Assembly: GCA_010093605.1 (NCBI GenBank)
Contig: MU004196.1
Location: 1,448,606-1,512,605 of the forward strand
Direction of reading: 5' to 3'
Length of the DNA stretch: 64,000 nt
From: Lophium mytilinum
Lineage: Eukaryota
The notes beneath the pieces are model-generated. The model ran no database searches. It was given only the letters and a program-made list of their open reading frames with translations, and was not told the origin of the DNA. Positions 24,201 to 35,046 of the stretch are shown one piece after another; the stretch's first letter is position 1; every line of letters starts with the position of its first letter. Position numbers and translations under genes: made by a program.

Positions 24201-25838
24201 GATACACATAGAGGCTGGCTCTACACCTGCTCCACTCCCATCATACCCAGACTCTGCCAATTCTGCCAGGAATGCGCATAGTGCTGCTACTTTAGCCCAT
24301 CGACCATCCACGAAGGCTGCACCCCTAGGAAGCTCGAATGGATTGGGGTCTCCAGCTATGGAAGCGGCTCGAATCCAGCATGACAAGTCAATTCCGAGGT
24401 CAATGTACACCGAGCATACTCCCATTGATATGGAAACTAATGAGGCAAATCACCAAAATGCGCTTCGCGCTTCAGCATTATTAATGGCGCAGAAAATGTA
24501 CAATACTCAACAGAAGCACATCAACAATGCTAAAGCCGAAAGAGCTGCTTCGCATGGACAATCAGATAAGGACATGAAAGAACAAGAGATGCAGATCATC
24601 CACGCGCAACAAGCAGCACAAAGACTTGCCGCAGAGCATCTGGCGAGAATCCCAGTTGACAACAAGGCTGCGTATCGCAACTACTGGGCTACGAGTATAA
24701 GCGACGCTCCAAACTCTCCATGCGCGGGAGAAGGCATAGGCACGACGATCCCGTCCCGTAAAGGTCAGAAGATGCCCGGTATATACTGTGCCGTACCCTC
24801 GCAAGGTATTTATGCTAATCAATACACATAGAGGAAACAGCGGAGAGAGATGATACAACACCCAAGGTCTCAAAAAGGCGATCGGTCCAACCCGAGTATG
24901 TTGATGCGCCGCCAAGAGATACGCGAAAACGACCAGTAGTAGACGACATCATGTTCGAGTCGGAAGACGATTTGGCGCCGCTTAAGCGCTGGATCATCCC
25001 GAAGCTTGAAGGAGTGTGAGTTCTCCTACGGCGGACTATATAGAAACGTACTAACTAGATATACAGCTCAGATGCACATTCTGAGATCTTGGCCGACTAC
25101 ATTCTCGCTCTTGTCCGCAGCAGTGGCAGCGACGAGTACATCCGTAACAGCTGTCTTGACAAATTGGGCACCTTCCTCCATAGTAGTAAGACGCTCGCCG
25201 AAGGCACTAGTCGTGAGAGGGAAGCTAACCTAGCCTTAGATACCGTTGGATTCGTTGACGAGATGCTCACGGTTGTTCGCGAGAAATCTTATCGGCCTGA
25301 TTACGTTCCTCCTTCAACAGAATTTACTGCTGCACCGAGATCGAAATCGAACCCATATCAACGTGCGAGGGTGTATAACCAAGAAAAATTTACTGCTGCA
25401 CCGATATCGCAGCCATATTATGACGAGGATAACAAGGAGAATGGGCGCCCAGGACTGCTGGAGAGGAGGGTTAGCAGGAGAGTCGTGCCGGGCCTCCCGA
25501 GGCCGTTGACGTTCAAGAGGATGAACTCCGAGAAGAGGGATAGGCTTTTACCGGTAGACACGGGCAGTGAGGAACGCAGGGCGACGTCTATGGACATGAG
25601 GGGCAGTGAGCCGAAGACACTAACCCCGCCGGCCGTGTCAATTCCATCGCGCTCGATGCCTGAGATTCAGAGTCCGTTCCAGGAAGCACCAGGGAGACCT
25701 ATTGGAGGAGGAGATGATCACAAAAATCCGTCAAAGCAAAGAACAGGCCCGGATGACGGATCTAGCGGTACTGCGAGGAAACTCATGGACTTCTTCCGTC
25801 GCGGAGGGAAAAATGCACCAGATGAATTCAATTCTTAG
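21243..25838 (+). CDS. Tandem kinase-pseudokinase protein with integrated Eis1/Seg1-like, PWI-like and CorA-like segments (about 1372 aa, 9 exons)
   Basis: Exons 21243-21764, 21821-22293, 22361-22740, 22796-23787, 23846-24143, 24212-24763, 24832-25015, 25067-25185, 25240-25838 join in frame via GT-AG introns (4119 nt). Kinase 1 has GSGAFG/AVK/HRDLKP/DFG/APE; kinase 2 is Kin4-like but degenerate. Confidence 0.8.
24115..24834 (+). repeat. Direct duplication of about 100 bp (exon end + whole 68-nt intron) at about 24115-24214 and 24735-24834
   Basis: ataggcacgacgatcccgtcccgt..aggt(a/c)agaagatgcccggtat..ccgtaccctcgcaaggtatttatgctaatc(g/a)atacacatagagg occurs twice. Confidence 0.9.
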
Positions 25839-25916
25839 TTGCATGCGCCCAAGCCGCTCAACCAACAACGTCAGACCGAACGCCGCATGCAGAGTAGTGT
25901 GGCAAAGTGACAGTAT

Positions 25917-26153
25917 TACAGTCCTAGGCCATAAGTCTGGGCATACGGACTTACTATAGTTCGGCTCCAACCTGCTCACTTAACACCACTGCGAGGGGTA
26001 GCCTGGCCGCTGAGCAGGCAACCAGTCAAGAGGTGGTCTAATCTGCACTGCTTGAAGCTTGAAGCTTGACCTCGCCTTCAAGTCTTCGAAACCTTGTGCG
26101 GATTCCCCAAGCAGTGGTGAAGCAGTGTGCCAGACTTGTGGCCTGCCACTGTA
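25917..26153 (-). mobile_element. MITE family A, about 235 bp, TA-CAGT TIRs (Tc1/mariner-type)
   Basis: TACAGTCCTAGGCCATAAGTCTGGGCA ... TGCCAGACTTGTGGCCTGCCACTGTA; internal similarity to about 9 other copies. Confidence 0.85.
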
Positions 26154-26370
26154 CACTATGCTTCGATCGGCAGGCTGCAATGAAGCCAACAGCGCTGCGG
26201 CGTCTCGAGAAATGGGAATCCCTGTACACCGCGCCTCAAAACAACTAGGCACCAGCCAATCACACCCCTGCACCAACATCGCCCGATCTACGGCACAGCC
26301 TTATGCATATAAAAAGGTCTAAAACCACCGAATTACCTAATCCTCTTTTCTCCTTCAAAACTCCGCATTC

Positions 26371-28095
26371 ATGAAACCCATCATCCCTCTACACTTTATC
26401 CTTCTCCTTTCTTCCTTAAACCTCCTCGCCATGGCCGCAAACCCCCAAACCCCGATCCTGGACCCCGACCACGACCCCAACCCCGACACCCACGACCCGT
26501 ACGAAGGCCTTCCGCCCCTCGCCGCCAACATGACCTGGACCGCATTCCCCTTCAACGACCTCTGGCTCTCTGACACCGCGTGGTACGACTCGCTCGGAAA
26601 TTCTCAAGTCGTCGTACGCCGCATCTTCTCCTCGTTTTCCAAAAGCGAGCAAGTCGCCGCCGCCCTCACCCTCTTCGAAGAGTTCCCAGCTCGCGGCCGC
26701 GACATCATGTTCGATGCCGCGGTCAAGGGCAAAGCGTGGGTGATCTCCGCGCTGCTCGCTGCGGGCGTCACGCCGCAGCCTGCCCCGGGCACAGAAGACG
26801 ACGTGACGCTGGTGTGTCTGCATGCGGCGGCGCATAATGGGCAGCTAGAGGCCGTGAAGGTGATTGTGGAGGAAGGGGGTGCGGAGGTGGATGCGAAGGA
26901 TGAGCTGGGGGGGACGGCGCTGATGCGGGCGTGTTTTGGGGGGCAGGTGGAGGTGGTGGCGTGGTTGCTGGAGCGGGGGGCGGATGCGGGGCGGCGCCAG
27001 GATGATTCGGAGGAGCGGACGCCTGGGACGGGGGCGTTGGAGTTTGCGGCAGGGAAGGGTTGTGTGGAGTGTGTTAAGCTACTTTTGGAGTGGAGGAAGA
27101 GCGGAGGTGCGGTGGGTCGGGGGGGCGCGGAGGTGACGCCCCTGGCATTGGAGGCCGGGGCGCACTCGGGGAGCTTGGAGATGGTGAGGTTGTTGGTCGG
27201 GGAGAGGGGATGGCCGACGGACGAGGTTGATGAGAGGGGGGTTTGGAAAGGAGAGAGGCTGAGTGGGGAGCAGCGGGGCGAGGTCCTGCAGATGCTGACG
27301 CGGGTGACGACCAACGTTGATCTTCTCGAGTTCCTCGTGAGCTACCTGGCCAAACCGGATGCTAGTGGAAACTTCGAATACCTCGACTTGCCGCAGGATG
27401 TCAGAGAGAAAATCCTGGACCTCTTGTTTGGCATAACGAAGAACACCGAGGTTGTTAAACTCTTTTGGAACGTCACATTCAGCTCTCCGGAGCTGACGAC
27501 GATTGAATACGATGGGCAGCAGATTCCGAAAATCGAGTACATCAACGATATGATCCACGAAGCCGCCAAGACGGACACTGTTGAGACCGCCAAGTTCTTT
27601 TTCGCAATGCCAGGCGCCGATGTCAATACCCCCGGGCTCAAGAAAGTCGGCCACCTATACCGAGCAGCTATCGATGAGAAGCTAGATATGGTCCGCTACC
27701 TCCTAGAGAACCACAAGCCAGACCTCCACCAAGGGAACGGGCTCTACGCAAACGGAGGAACCGCGCTCTTTGGCGCTGTGCTGTCAGGCAACGCGGAAAT
27801 TGTGAAGCTGATTCTTCAGCATGGTGGTCCGCTCGAGTCTCCGATCCACGAAAGCATCAAATCGAAGGAGCCGAAGAAAGTCGTCGTGAAGTGTGTCCAA
27901 ACTTTTAGGGCGCCGGTGACGATGGAAGTTCATCCTGGAGATGATTCCTTGCCGACAGAGCAAGGCACGAAGTTTGTTGTGTTAGAGTTGGATGAGAACG
28001 ATGCCGAGTGGTTGGATAAAGTGGAGATCCGCAAGTCGGATGAAGAATTGAAGAAAGATGATAGAGGGGAACGAGAATTGAAGCCGCGAGGATAG
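26371..28095 (+). CDS. Ankyrin-repeat protein (possible hydrophobic N-terminal leader)
   Basis: 574-aa ORF; 'CLHAAAHNGQLEAVK', 'GGTALMRAC..G..EVVAWLL', 'GGTALFGAVLSGNAEIVKLIL'. Confidence 0.88.
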   Translation: MKPIIPLHFILLLSSLNLLAMAANPQTPILDPDHDPNPDTHDPYEGLPPLAANMTWTAFPFNDLWLSDTAWYDSLGNSQVVVRRIFSSFSKSEQVAAALTLFEEFPARGRDIMFDAAVKGKAWVISALLAAGVTPQPAPGTEDDVTLVCLHAAAHNGQLEAVKVIVEEGGAEVDAKDELGGTALMRACFGGQVEVVAWLLERGADAGRRQDDSEERTPGTGALEFAAGKGCVECVKLLLEWRKSGGAVGRGGAEVTPLALEAGAHSGSLEMVRLLVGERGWPTDEVDERGVWKGERLSGEQRGEVLQMLTRVTTNVDLLEFLVSYLAKPDASGNFEYLDLPQDVREKILDLLFGITKNTEVVKLFWNVTFSSPELTTIEYDGQQIPKIEYINDMIHEAAKTDTVETAKFFFAMPGADVNTPGLKKVGHLYRAAIDEKLDMVRYLLENHKPDLHQGNGLYANGGTALFGAVLSGNAEIVKLILQHGGPLESPIHESIKSKEPKKVVVKCVQTFRAPVTMEVHPGDDSLPTEQGTKFVVLELDENDAEWLDKVEIRKSDEELKKDDRGERELKPRG

Positions 28096-28357
28096 AGACG
28101 TCGTGTACCGAGTAGATTAAGAAACTCGCTTCTTTTATTCTTTTGATATCGTCAGAAGGGTTTCAGCGCCCAGCTAGCCCCGCGAGCTTTGGATATGCGG
28201 ATTCGCCTACGTAACGGCAAAACAGGCTGGCTCGAAACCTTCAATTATGCTCTGTTTTATGCTACGTGGGGGCGTACATCGTTCCTGGATTCTTCATAAC
28301 GGACCAGAGCACCTTAGACAGTGGCAAGCAAGAGTGCAAACTGATGTCCAGGTACTG

Positions 28358-28574
28358 TACATTGAAAGGTCACAAGCCTGGGCACACTGGCATGCCGCTG
28401 CTTGGGGTACCCCCACAGGGGCTCGAAGGCTTAAGAGCGATGTTAAGCTTCAAGCAGTGTAGATTAGACTACCTCTCAACTGATTGCCTGCTCAGCAGCC
28501 AGGCTAGCCCCGACAGTAGTGTTGAGTGGGCAAGTTGGAGCCGAGTATGCCCAGACATGTGGCCTAGAACTACA
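28358..28574 (+). mobile_element. MITE family A copy
   Basis: TIR-like ends (cacaagcctgggcacac ... tgcccagacatgtggcctagaactaca) and conserved core (gcagtgtagattagactacctct, gcctgctcagcagccaggct). Confidence 0.82.
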
Positions 28575-28771
28575 AGTAAAGGAGCCTGGTTGTTGGGCTT
28601 ACTTCGAGGCATGTTACTCTTGACTCTTGCATCGCACATATACGCAGGCAGTACAGGTACCAATTGGCGACGCGGAGTCTAAGAAGCTTGAAGGATAGTA
28701 AAGCGCGGCGACAAGGAATTGAAAGGAGGAGAACGTATATCATGCGACAAGCGAGAGATGTTTTCGTTAGG

Positions 28772-30037
28772 TCAGGCTCCGAAGACTTCTTCGAGGTTCT
28801 CCACTTCTTGCGAAAAGTAAGCGCCCAGTCCGACGTCAGGGGTGATTCGCTCTCCCAGAATCATGAAATCTAAACATGAAGCACAAAGTACTGTCACTCG
28901 GTGTCGACAAGGTTCGTGGCTGAAACGGCATGGATACTCACCGCGACAACGGGTCCGCTCATCGGTTTTCAATATGTCCGTATGACTAGCTAAACCAGTG
29001 CCTATAGCTTCGAGGTCATGTTCCCGCAAAGCGGAAAGTTGCGATACGGCGAGAAGGGAAGCCAGTCTGTGACTGAGCTGGATTGCCTGCTCAAGGTGGC
29101 CTGTTTCTGGAGTGTACATAGGCCAAGCATGGTCTTTATACGCTTCCAGGCTTTCGAGCCAGACTTCGCGACGATGTATCCAAGAAAGCTCGATCTCGAG
29201 CGCTGCCCATGCGGAGGAATCGTGACACCAGGAATCAGCACGAAGATATGCGTCCGCGAGCTGTTTCATATACTGTAGCTCGGCTAGTATATGCTGTTCA
29301 TCTTCCCAAACGTTTTTTGTAACTTCTTCGGTAACTTCTTGGCCAATCGTAGCACAACCCTCAATAGTAAATCGAGGGAAGCCGCGTAGGCAGGTGCGAT
29401 ATGGACGAAGAAGTGACTCATGTAGCCTAAGCGACGGCGAATCCCCCTCTGGAAATGAGACCAGTTTGAGAACTTGGTCAGCCTCGAAGAGGTCTGGAAA
29501 AGAAGGACTTTCCACAAAATGTGACCGCGTGAGCCCACGTAAGAAGATATCGAGGTCGCACGCCAGTAGAATGAAGTCATATGCCGGTAGCTGAGGGGCG
29601 ACGTTGATAGACATATCCTGAATTACATGGTGCATCACGTAGCCATTAAATGGCAACTCGTTCCCACGCCCCGTCCAGATGAGAAGCTGCCTTTCGAGGG
29701 CAATCCGGAACAGTAGAATTCCACGAGTCGTCACCCTTACAAAGCGATTCGTTCCGAGCATGACGTCTTTCGCTTCTTTATACACCATTTTGCTGACGCG
29801 GAGGATCTGGGTCTCGATCTTATAGCTGACCGCGGCGTGTCCCAGGGGAATTATACACGTTGAGCCGGGCGGCCTTAGAGATCCACGCAGGAATGTGCCA
29901 AAAGCTTCATTTCGAGGCAAACTGGGGCACAGAATGGCTGCGTAGATGAGATCTCGAAGCTCCCGTGGCAGTTTCATGAGCCGGAAAGGGTTTAAAGTAC
30001 GATGCGATGATTTAGGATCAGTCGTCTCCGAAGCCAT
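28772..30037 (-). CDS. Hypothetical protein with N-terminal F-box-like 'FRLMKLPRELRDLIY' motif
   Basis: 421-aa ATG-started ORF; the true 3' end may involve splicing. Confidence 0.65.
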   Translation of the reverse strand: MASETTDPKSSHRTLNPFRLMKLPRELRDLIYAAILCPSLPRNEAFGTFLRGSLRPPGSTCIIPLGHAAVSYKIETQILRVSKMVYKEAKDVMLGTNRFVRVTTRGILLFRIALERQLLIWTGRGNELPFNGYVMHHVIQDMSINVAPQLPAYDFILLACDLDIFLRGLTRSHFVESPSFPDLFEADQVLKLVSFPEGDSPSLRLHESLLRPYRTCLRGFPRFTIEGCATIGQEVTEEVTKNVWEDEQHILAELQYMKQLADAYLRADSWCHDSSAWAALEIELSWIHRREVWLESLEAYKDHAWPMYTPETGHLEQAIQLSHRLASLLAVSQLSALREHDLEAIGTGLASHTDILKTDERTRCRGEYPCRFSHEPCRHRVTVLCASCLDFMILGERITPDVGLGAYFSQEVENLEEVFGA

Positions 30038-30523
30038 GGTAGAGTAATGAAGGGCGATTCAAGATTGAATCTCGTGGATATTAGGAGAAGAGCAGATTTT
30101 AAGCCAAGGTGGGTGCGTTACTGCGAATATAGTTGGCGCTGTAAAGCTACTCAAGCCGTCGCCAGGACAGAAGTTAGCTTCACAGTTGAGAGAATGAAGT
30201 TGTCGCAGGGAACTCTAGGCTGAAGTGGCGCCGAGCTATCACGAGTTCATCACGTGACCTGTACTTGCATTACCACGTCTCGACCTCTGAGGTAATATTC
30301 TGCAGCATTACTTGTCTTGCTTCATTTATCGTACAATTGAAGAGCAAGACTCTTGTAGTGTTGCACAATCCCAGTGGTGTGACCGTTCCTAGCCTCGGGA
30401 GTTTTGGTTTCACGACCCGGCCCCAACCACCCACATCTTTTCCCAACCTCGCAACTCCATCACAACTACGAAAAATACGTTGAAACTAAGGCATTCAGAC
30501 GCTGTAGAGCCCATCAATCCAAG

Positions 30524-31285
30524 ATGCAGTCTATCGTTGAACACAGACGCCTCCTTACCAAACTCGCCATCGGCTTTGGCAGTCTCCCCATCCTCTCGTA
30601 TGCTTTTACCTCGTATCGCGGATGGCTCAGACTCGGACCAGGCGGCTTACCATACAACATCTTCGGATGGCTCATGAATGTAGCGGGGCACATCATTGCC
30701 CGCTCAGACACCCAAGAGCCAGCTCCGTACAATCCGGAACATCTAACATCGCTCTACGGATCCTCCGGAAACAAAACCTTCTTCCATGGCAAAGCCCTCC
30801 CTTCAAGATCAGGATCTCGGCCAGAGATTCCAAACTTCGTTGCTCCGCAACGCCAGATGACGGAGCAGGCGACGCCAGCGATGCTGGAAAGGATGAAAGC
30901 ATTTCTCGCCACGCTGGCCAACCAAAACCCGGAGATCATCCAGCTCAAACTATCCTCATTGGAAGGCCCATACCAACACGCTTTATGGCTCGCTGACGGC
31001 TTTGCGATTCCTGAGCACCTGAAGCCCAACAAAGGCGAGTTTGCGCATCCTCACGGCGAAGGCAGCACCCACGTGACGCTGAGTCTGGCCGATTCGGCCA
31101 AGGTCATTGCGCTCGGCTGGGCGGAACGGCACAAGCTCAGCGGCGTGAAAAATATGATTCCGTGGGGATACGTCCTCATCTATGCACCGAGAAATGAGGA
31201 AGAGTTTGGAGTGTGGAAACGTATTGTCGTAGCGTCGGCGAGGTTCGTTGCTGCTGCTGGCCCGGCCGTGCAGGTGCCCGAGTAG
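30524..31285 (+). CDS. Luciferase-like (DUF5519/PF17648-type) domain protein
   Basis: 'GPGGLPYNIFGW', 'APQRQ', 'GEFAHPHGEGSTHVTLS...GWAERH', 'IYAPRNEEE'. Confidence 0.75.
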   Translation: MQSIVEHRRLLTKLAIGFGSLPILSYAFTSYRGWLRLGPGGLPYNIFGWLMNVAGHIIARSDTQEPAPYNPEHLTSLYGSSGNKTFFHGKALPSRSGSRPEIPNFVAPQRQMTEQATPAMLERMKAFLATLANQNPEIIQLKLSSLEGPYQHALWLADGFAIPEHLKPNKGEFAHPHGEGSTHVTLSLADSAKVIALGWAERHKLSGVKNMIPWGYVLIYAPRNEEEFGVWKRIVVASARFVAAAGPAVQVPE

Positions 31286-31767
31286 TTTTGCATAAAAAGA
31301 AACGCAAACTACTGGACTTTTTGGCTTGCCTCTACTTGTCTCATTTTCATGTACCACATTAAAAATCAGCGCAACCAGCGCAATCAGCGCGCAAATATGG
31401 ACGCAAATTTCCACATTCTTGCTTCTAAATACTTTCACCCCGTCACTACTACTATCGTAGAGCTACTGTGTTCGTCCTAAATACCGCTACAGACTGAAAA
31501 GACCCCGGGGAATTTTCGCCACTTGTTCGTACGAAATGATCATCGCGTGGAGTTCTACTGATATCGTCTGAATTTCCTTCTGATTGATAAACGAACGAAT
31601 CAGGAACTCTTGAAAGTCATGAAACTGTTTAGCCAGCTGACAAAACAACTCGTGTCCTCAAACTCCTAGCAAACCATATCCCGGGACAAAGAGCCACGGC
31701 TGGCATATATCTTACACCGCCCCTACCTCAACGCTGGAACGCGAGCCCCACGGCACGATCAACCACG

Positions 31768-32988
31768 ATGTCCGGAAAACGACCGCCAACGTTGGCCGCG
31801 CCTGGCGAGAGGGATGCGAAGAGACCTTCAAGAGTGGACAAAATCCACCTTCTCCACCAACAAATTGCGGGTCTGGAAGCTGAACTCGCAACTACCTTGA
31901 GGAAGAAAGAGGAAGCAAGAAAGGGGAATTATCACGAATACCTGGAAGGCCAGCTAGTTAACGATACCCAACGTATGTTTGTCAGTTCGAATCAAACGTC
32001 AGCAAATTCAATCAGTCCATTCCGCTTCAAGGATCTTCCCAGAGAATTACGGGACGAAGTCTATCGCCATATAATCCACGCATCACACAGCACTTTGTTT
32101 GCTGAGCGGCCTAGCGATCCGAAAAAGCCCGGTGCAATCGGAGGTCACCCCTACCATCAGGCTATTCTTCTAGTGGACCGTCAACTGAAGGAGGAGGTGG
32201 TGGAATTCATGAAGATGTACGGCCAGCTTACCTTCCAGTTCGGTTGTCGCAACGAGGCCATTTGCACGAAATGCGACAATTGCCAGACCAACCACCTACT
32301 CGATGGACTATGGTGGGTGGAGTATACCCTTGGGAAAGACGTGCAACTCATGATACAGAGGCTTTGCAACCGTTATCACCATGTCTACATCGAGCTCGCC
32401 GTAAACCGCCAATTAGCACCGGAGAAAACGAAGCGTTTACATTGCGACCTACGCTGGTTTCTCGGACAATACGGCCACACGACCCGCTACTCCACAGACT
32501 TCACCACCGGTGGGCAGTGTCGGACCATCATAGACTTAGGGTCCCTCTTCCGCACGCAAGCAGATCCCATGTATTTGCTCTTGGCGGACGTACACCTCGA
32601 CGGCCGAGCTAGAAGTGTAGAATCTCCCCCTCCTTTTGTGCATCTGATTGGCCATGATCTCCAAAACCTGAAATCCTTTGCATTGGAGGTGCGAAAGCTA
32701 AAATTACGTCCTGGATGTTTTTCGATCATCTGTGATATCCCAAAAGACGAAGTCAGTGAAAGTTCGGAAGTCTCGCAGAGATTTAACGTTCTCAAGACGG
32801 GATGCAAAAAGAATGGGATTGAGCTGAGAGTGCGAAGCGATAAAGAAGTCACTCGTAACAATCTCTGGAGGGGACCGGCTTTTCGGCCTCCGGCGTTAGG
32901 AAGGGTGTTTGTGCGAAGGGTTATAAACCACGGGGGTGGTAGCGAACAAATCCGCTTCCGTCGGGTGGAAAGGGATGGAGTTGCTTGA
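31768..32988 (+). CDS. Hypothetical protein with coiled N-terminus and F-box-like 'FRFKDLPRELRDEVY' motif
   Basis: 406-aa ORF; probable short intron at about 31973-32016. Confidence 0.65.
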   Translation: MSGKRPPTLAAPGERDAKRPSRVDKIHLLHQQIAGLEAELATTLRKKEEARKGNYHEYLEGQLVNDTQRMFVSSNQTSANSISPFRFKDLPRELRDEVYRHIIHASHSTLFAERPSDPKKPGAIGGHPYHQAILLVDRQLKEEVVEFMKMYGQLTFQFGCRNEAICTKCDNCQTNHLLDGLWWVEYTLGKDVQLMIQRLCNRYHHVYIELAVNRQLAPEKTKRLHCDLRWFLGQYGHTTRYSTDFTTGGQCRTIIDLGSLFRTQADPMYLLLADVHLDGRARSVESPPPFVHLIGHDLQNLKSFALEVRKLKLRPGCFSIICDIPKDEVSESSEVSQRFNVLKTGCKKNGIELRVRSDKEVTRNNLWRGPAFRPPALGRVFVRRVINHGGGSEQIRFRRVERDGVA

Positions 32989-33069
32989 GCGACGCAAAGC
33001 AGGCACCTACGGCGCGTAAATCTCAGATGTGTATTCTTGTCGCCCTAGATGCAACCATATAGACTCATT

Positions 33070-33259
33070 GCAGCTTAGCTCCAACTTGCCCACTTAACAC
33101 CATGTGGGGTGTATCCTGGCTGCTGAGCAGCCAATTAGTGAAGAGGTAGTCAAATGTGCACCGCTTGAACCTCAACATGACCTTTGAATCTTCGAAATCT
33201 GATAGGGATACCCTAAACTGTGTCGATCCGGTGTCCCAAACTTGTGCCCTGTCACTGTA
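33070..33259 (-). mobile_element. MITE family A copy (one end degenerate)
   Basis: ctccaacttgcccacttaacacca...ggctgctgagcagcc...cccaaacttgtgccctgtcactgta. Confidence 0.75.
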
Positions 33260-34073
33260 GGATATGTTGCAGTACTCCGACGATGAGCAAAACTCTTAGC
33301 GGCTACACTCACGTCCTTGAAATCAACTATATGTAGACAAATACCAAGCGCTCTAAGTCTGGAGTGCATGCTTTCTTCGACAGTTCCCTTTGAAGCATGA
33401 AACAGACCACGTGACTTTGTCGACCAACCAGACCGCGAAGAAATCTCGAATGCCTAACCAATCAGGACAATCCCGTCACCTTTGAACATCCTCATCCCTC
33501 AAACGCTCTCTTCCCTCCCTACATATTGAACCGCTGCATAACCAGCACGACTCCCCTCAATACCTCCAAATTCCCAACACCCATCCAACAAAGCGCATAC
33601 ATTCCCCATCCCCTCGAAAGGCTGACAAGCGCGTTTCAGCGGGACCCTGCCTTTAAGCGCTCAGCCACAGCCGGGAGGCCCACAAAGGCACAAAGGCCGG
33701 CGATTGGGCCCAGCTCTTTGTGCCCTTGTGTCAGCCACGCGCCCAGGGATATTTTTAGATTTCTATGTCATGATCTGCATCAGGTAAACGACCTGCGTTT
33801 GGGCGCAGCGTTCAGCTCCGCTTACACCACTCTCTTTTGCTTCAACACTCTCTCGTTCTCTTGCGCCCTTTGCACACTCTCTTATTGTTGTATTTTTCGT
33901 TACGTCGTGATAAAGTGTTAAGATACCCTGGACCTGTTTGACCAGGAAGCGTTGCGCGGCCAACCTCCGCAGGAAAGGCATCGTTGAGCACTCCGTGAGC
34001 TGTAGAATATAGAGCATAGCTCCAGCTTCAACCTCGATCCACCTTAGAAGAAACCCACATCACAACAACCAAG

Positions 34074-35046
34074 ATGGTTCACTCCGCAAACTGCAGCACC
34101 ATCCCCTCCTCCGTCCCCTCCGACGCTGGCGTCGCGGGCGCAGGCGTAAGTCCCCCTCCCCTCCCAACCCCCAACCCACTAACACCCCCAGGTCCTCCTC
34201 TCCTTCATAATAACAAACTTCCTCGCCCTCTCCCTAAGCACCTACCTCATCCTCCGCAACCTCCGCTCCCCCCTCCTCTCCCCGATCCCGCGCAAACTCC
34301 TCCTCTCCTTCTCCGACCAACAACTCCTCACGGGCCTCGGCATCCAAAGCGTCGGCCTCGCCAAAATGAACACCATGGTTCCCTACCACTTCTTCATCAT
34401 CTGGATGCTCTCGCTGCTCGCAACCGCCACGCACCTCGCGACGCTGCTCGCGCTCGTGCAAGACTTCAAGCGCGACTGGGTGCTGCGGTGGCTGCGGCAG
34501 CTGCTCATGCTCGTGAGCATGAGCTTGAGCGTGGTGATGGGCGTGTTTGTGCTGAAGAGCGTGCTGCATAACCTCGCGCCGACGCTACCGATTGCGTGTG
34601 TGTGGGCGGTGCCGGCGGCGAAGGGGGCGACGAGCAATGCGGGGCTGAGTATTGCGGGGACGATTGCGGTGATGGCGGCGTCGGGGGTGCTGTTTGTGGT
34701 GTCGACGTGGTATCTGCATAACCGGAACAATCAGAAGTGGTTGAAGAGTATTCAGGTGGTTGGGTTGGTGTTGTTGGCCGCGATGGGGGTGGGCGCGGCG
34801 GCGCGGGTGGTGTTGTTGAGTCAGGCGTTCGGGAAGCCGAATCTGAACCTCAGTGATGAGGGGGAGAAGACGTGGAGTTTTGGGCAGTTGCTGCCGCTGT
34901 TGCTGCTGTTGTTGCCGGTGGTGAGTAGTATTGAGCTTTGGCGGGGGGAGATGCAGGTTGGGAGGGGGGCTGGGGAGGAGGAGGATCAGATATCGTTGAT
35001 TGGGGGGTTTCAGCCGGCGCCGTTTGTTAGGGGGTATGGGAAGTAG
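34074..35046 (+). CDS. Conserved fungal multi-pass membrane protein, 2 exons
   Basis: 'SDAGVAGAG' | intron at about 34146-34191 | 'SDQQLLTGLGI', 'YHFFIIWML', 'WSFGQLLPLLLL'; several hydrophobic helices. Confidence 0.75.

Noticed and set aside
25320..25405. Short duplication aatttactgctgcaccga (FTAAP x2); also small repeats at 36259-36320 and 18325-18357
   Set aside because: Ordinary local tandem duplications; no regular repeat-spacer (CRISPR-like) structure
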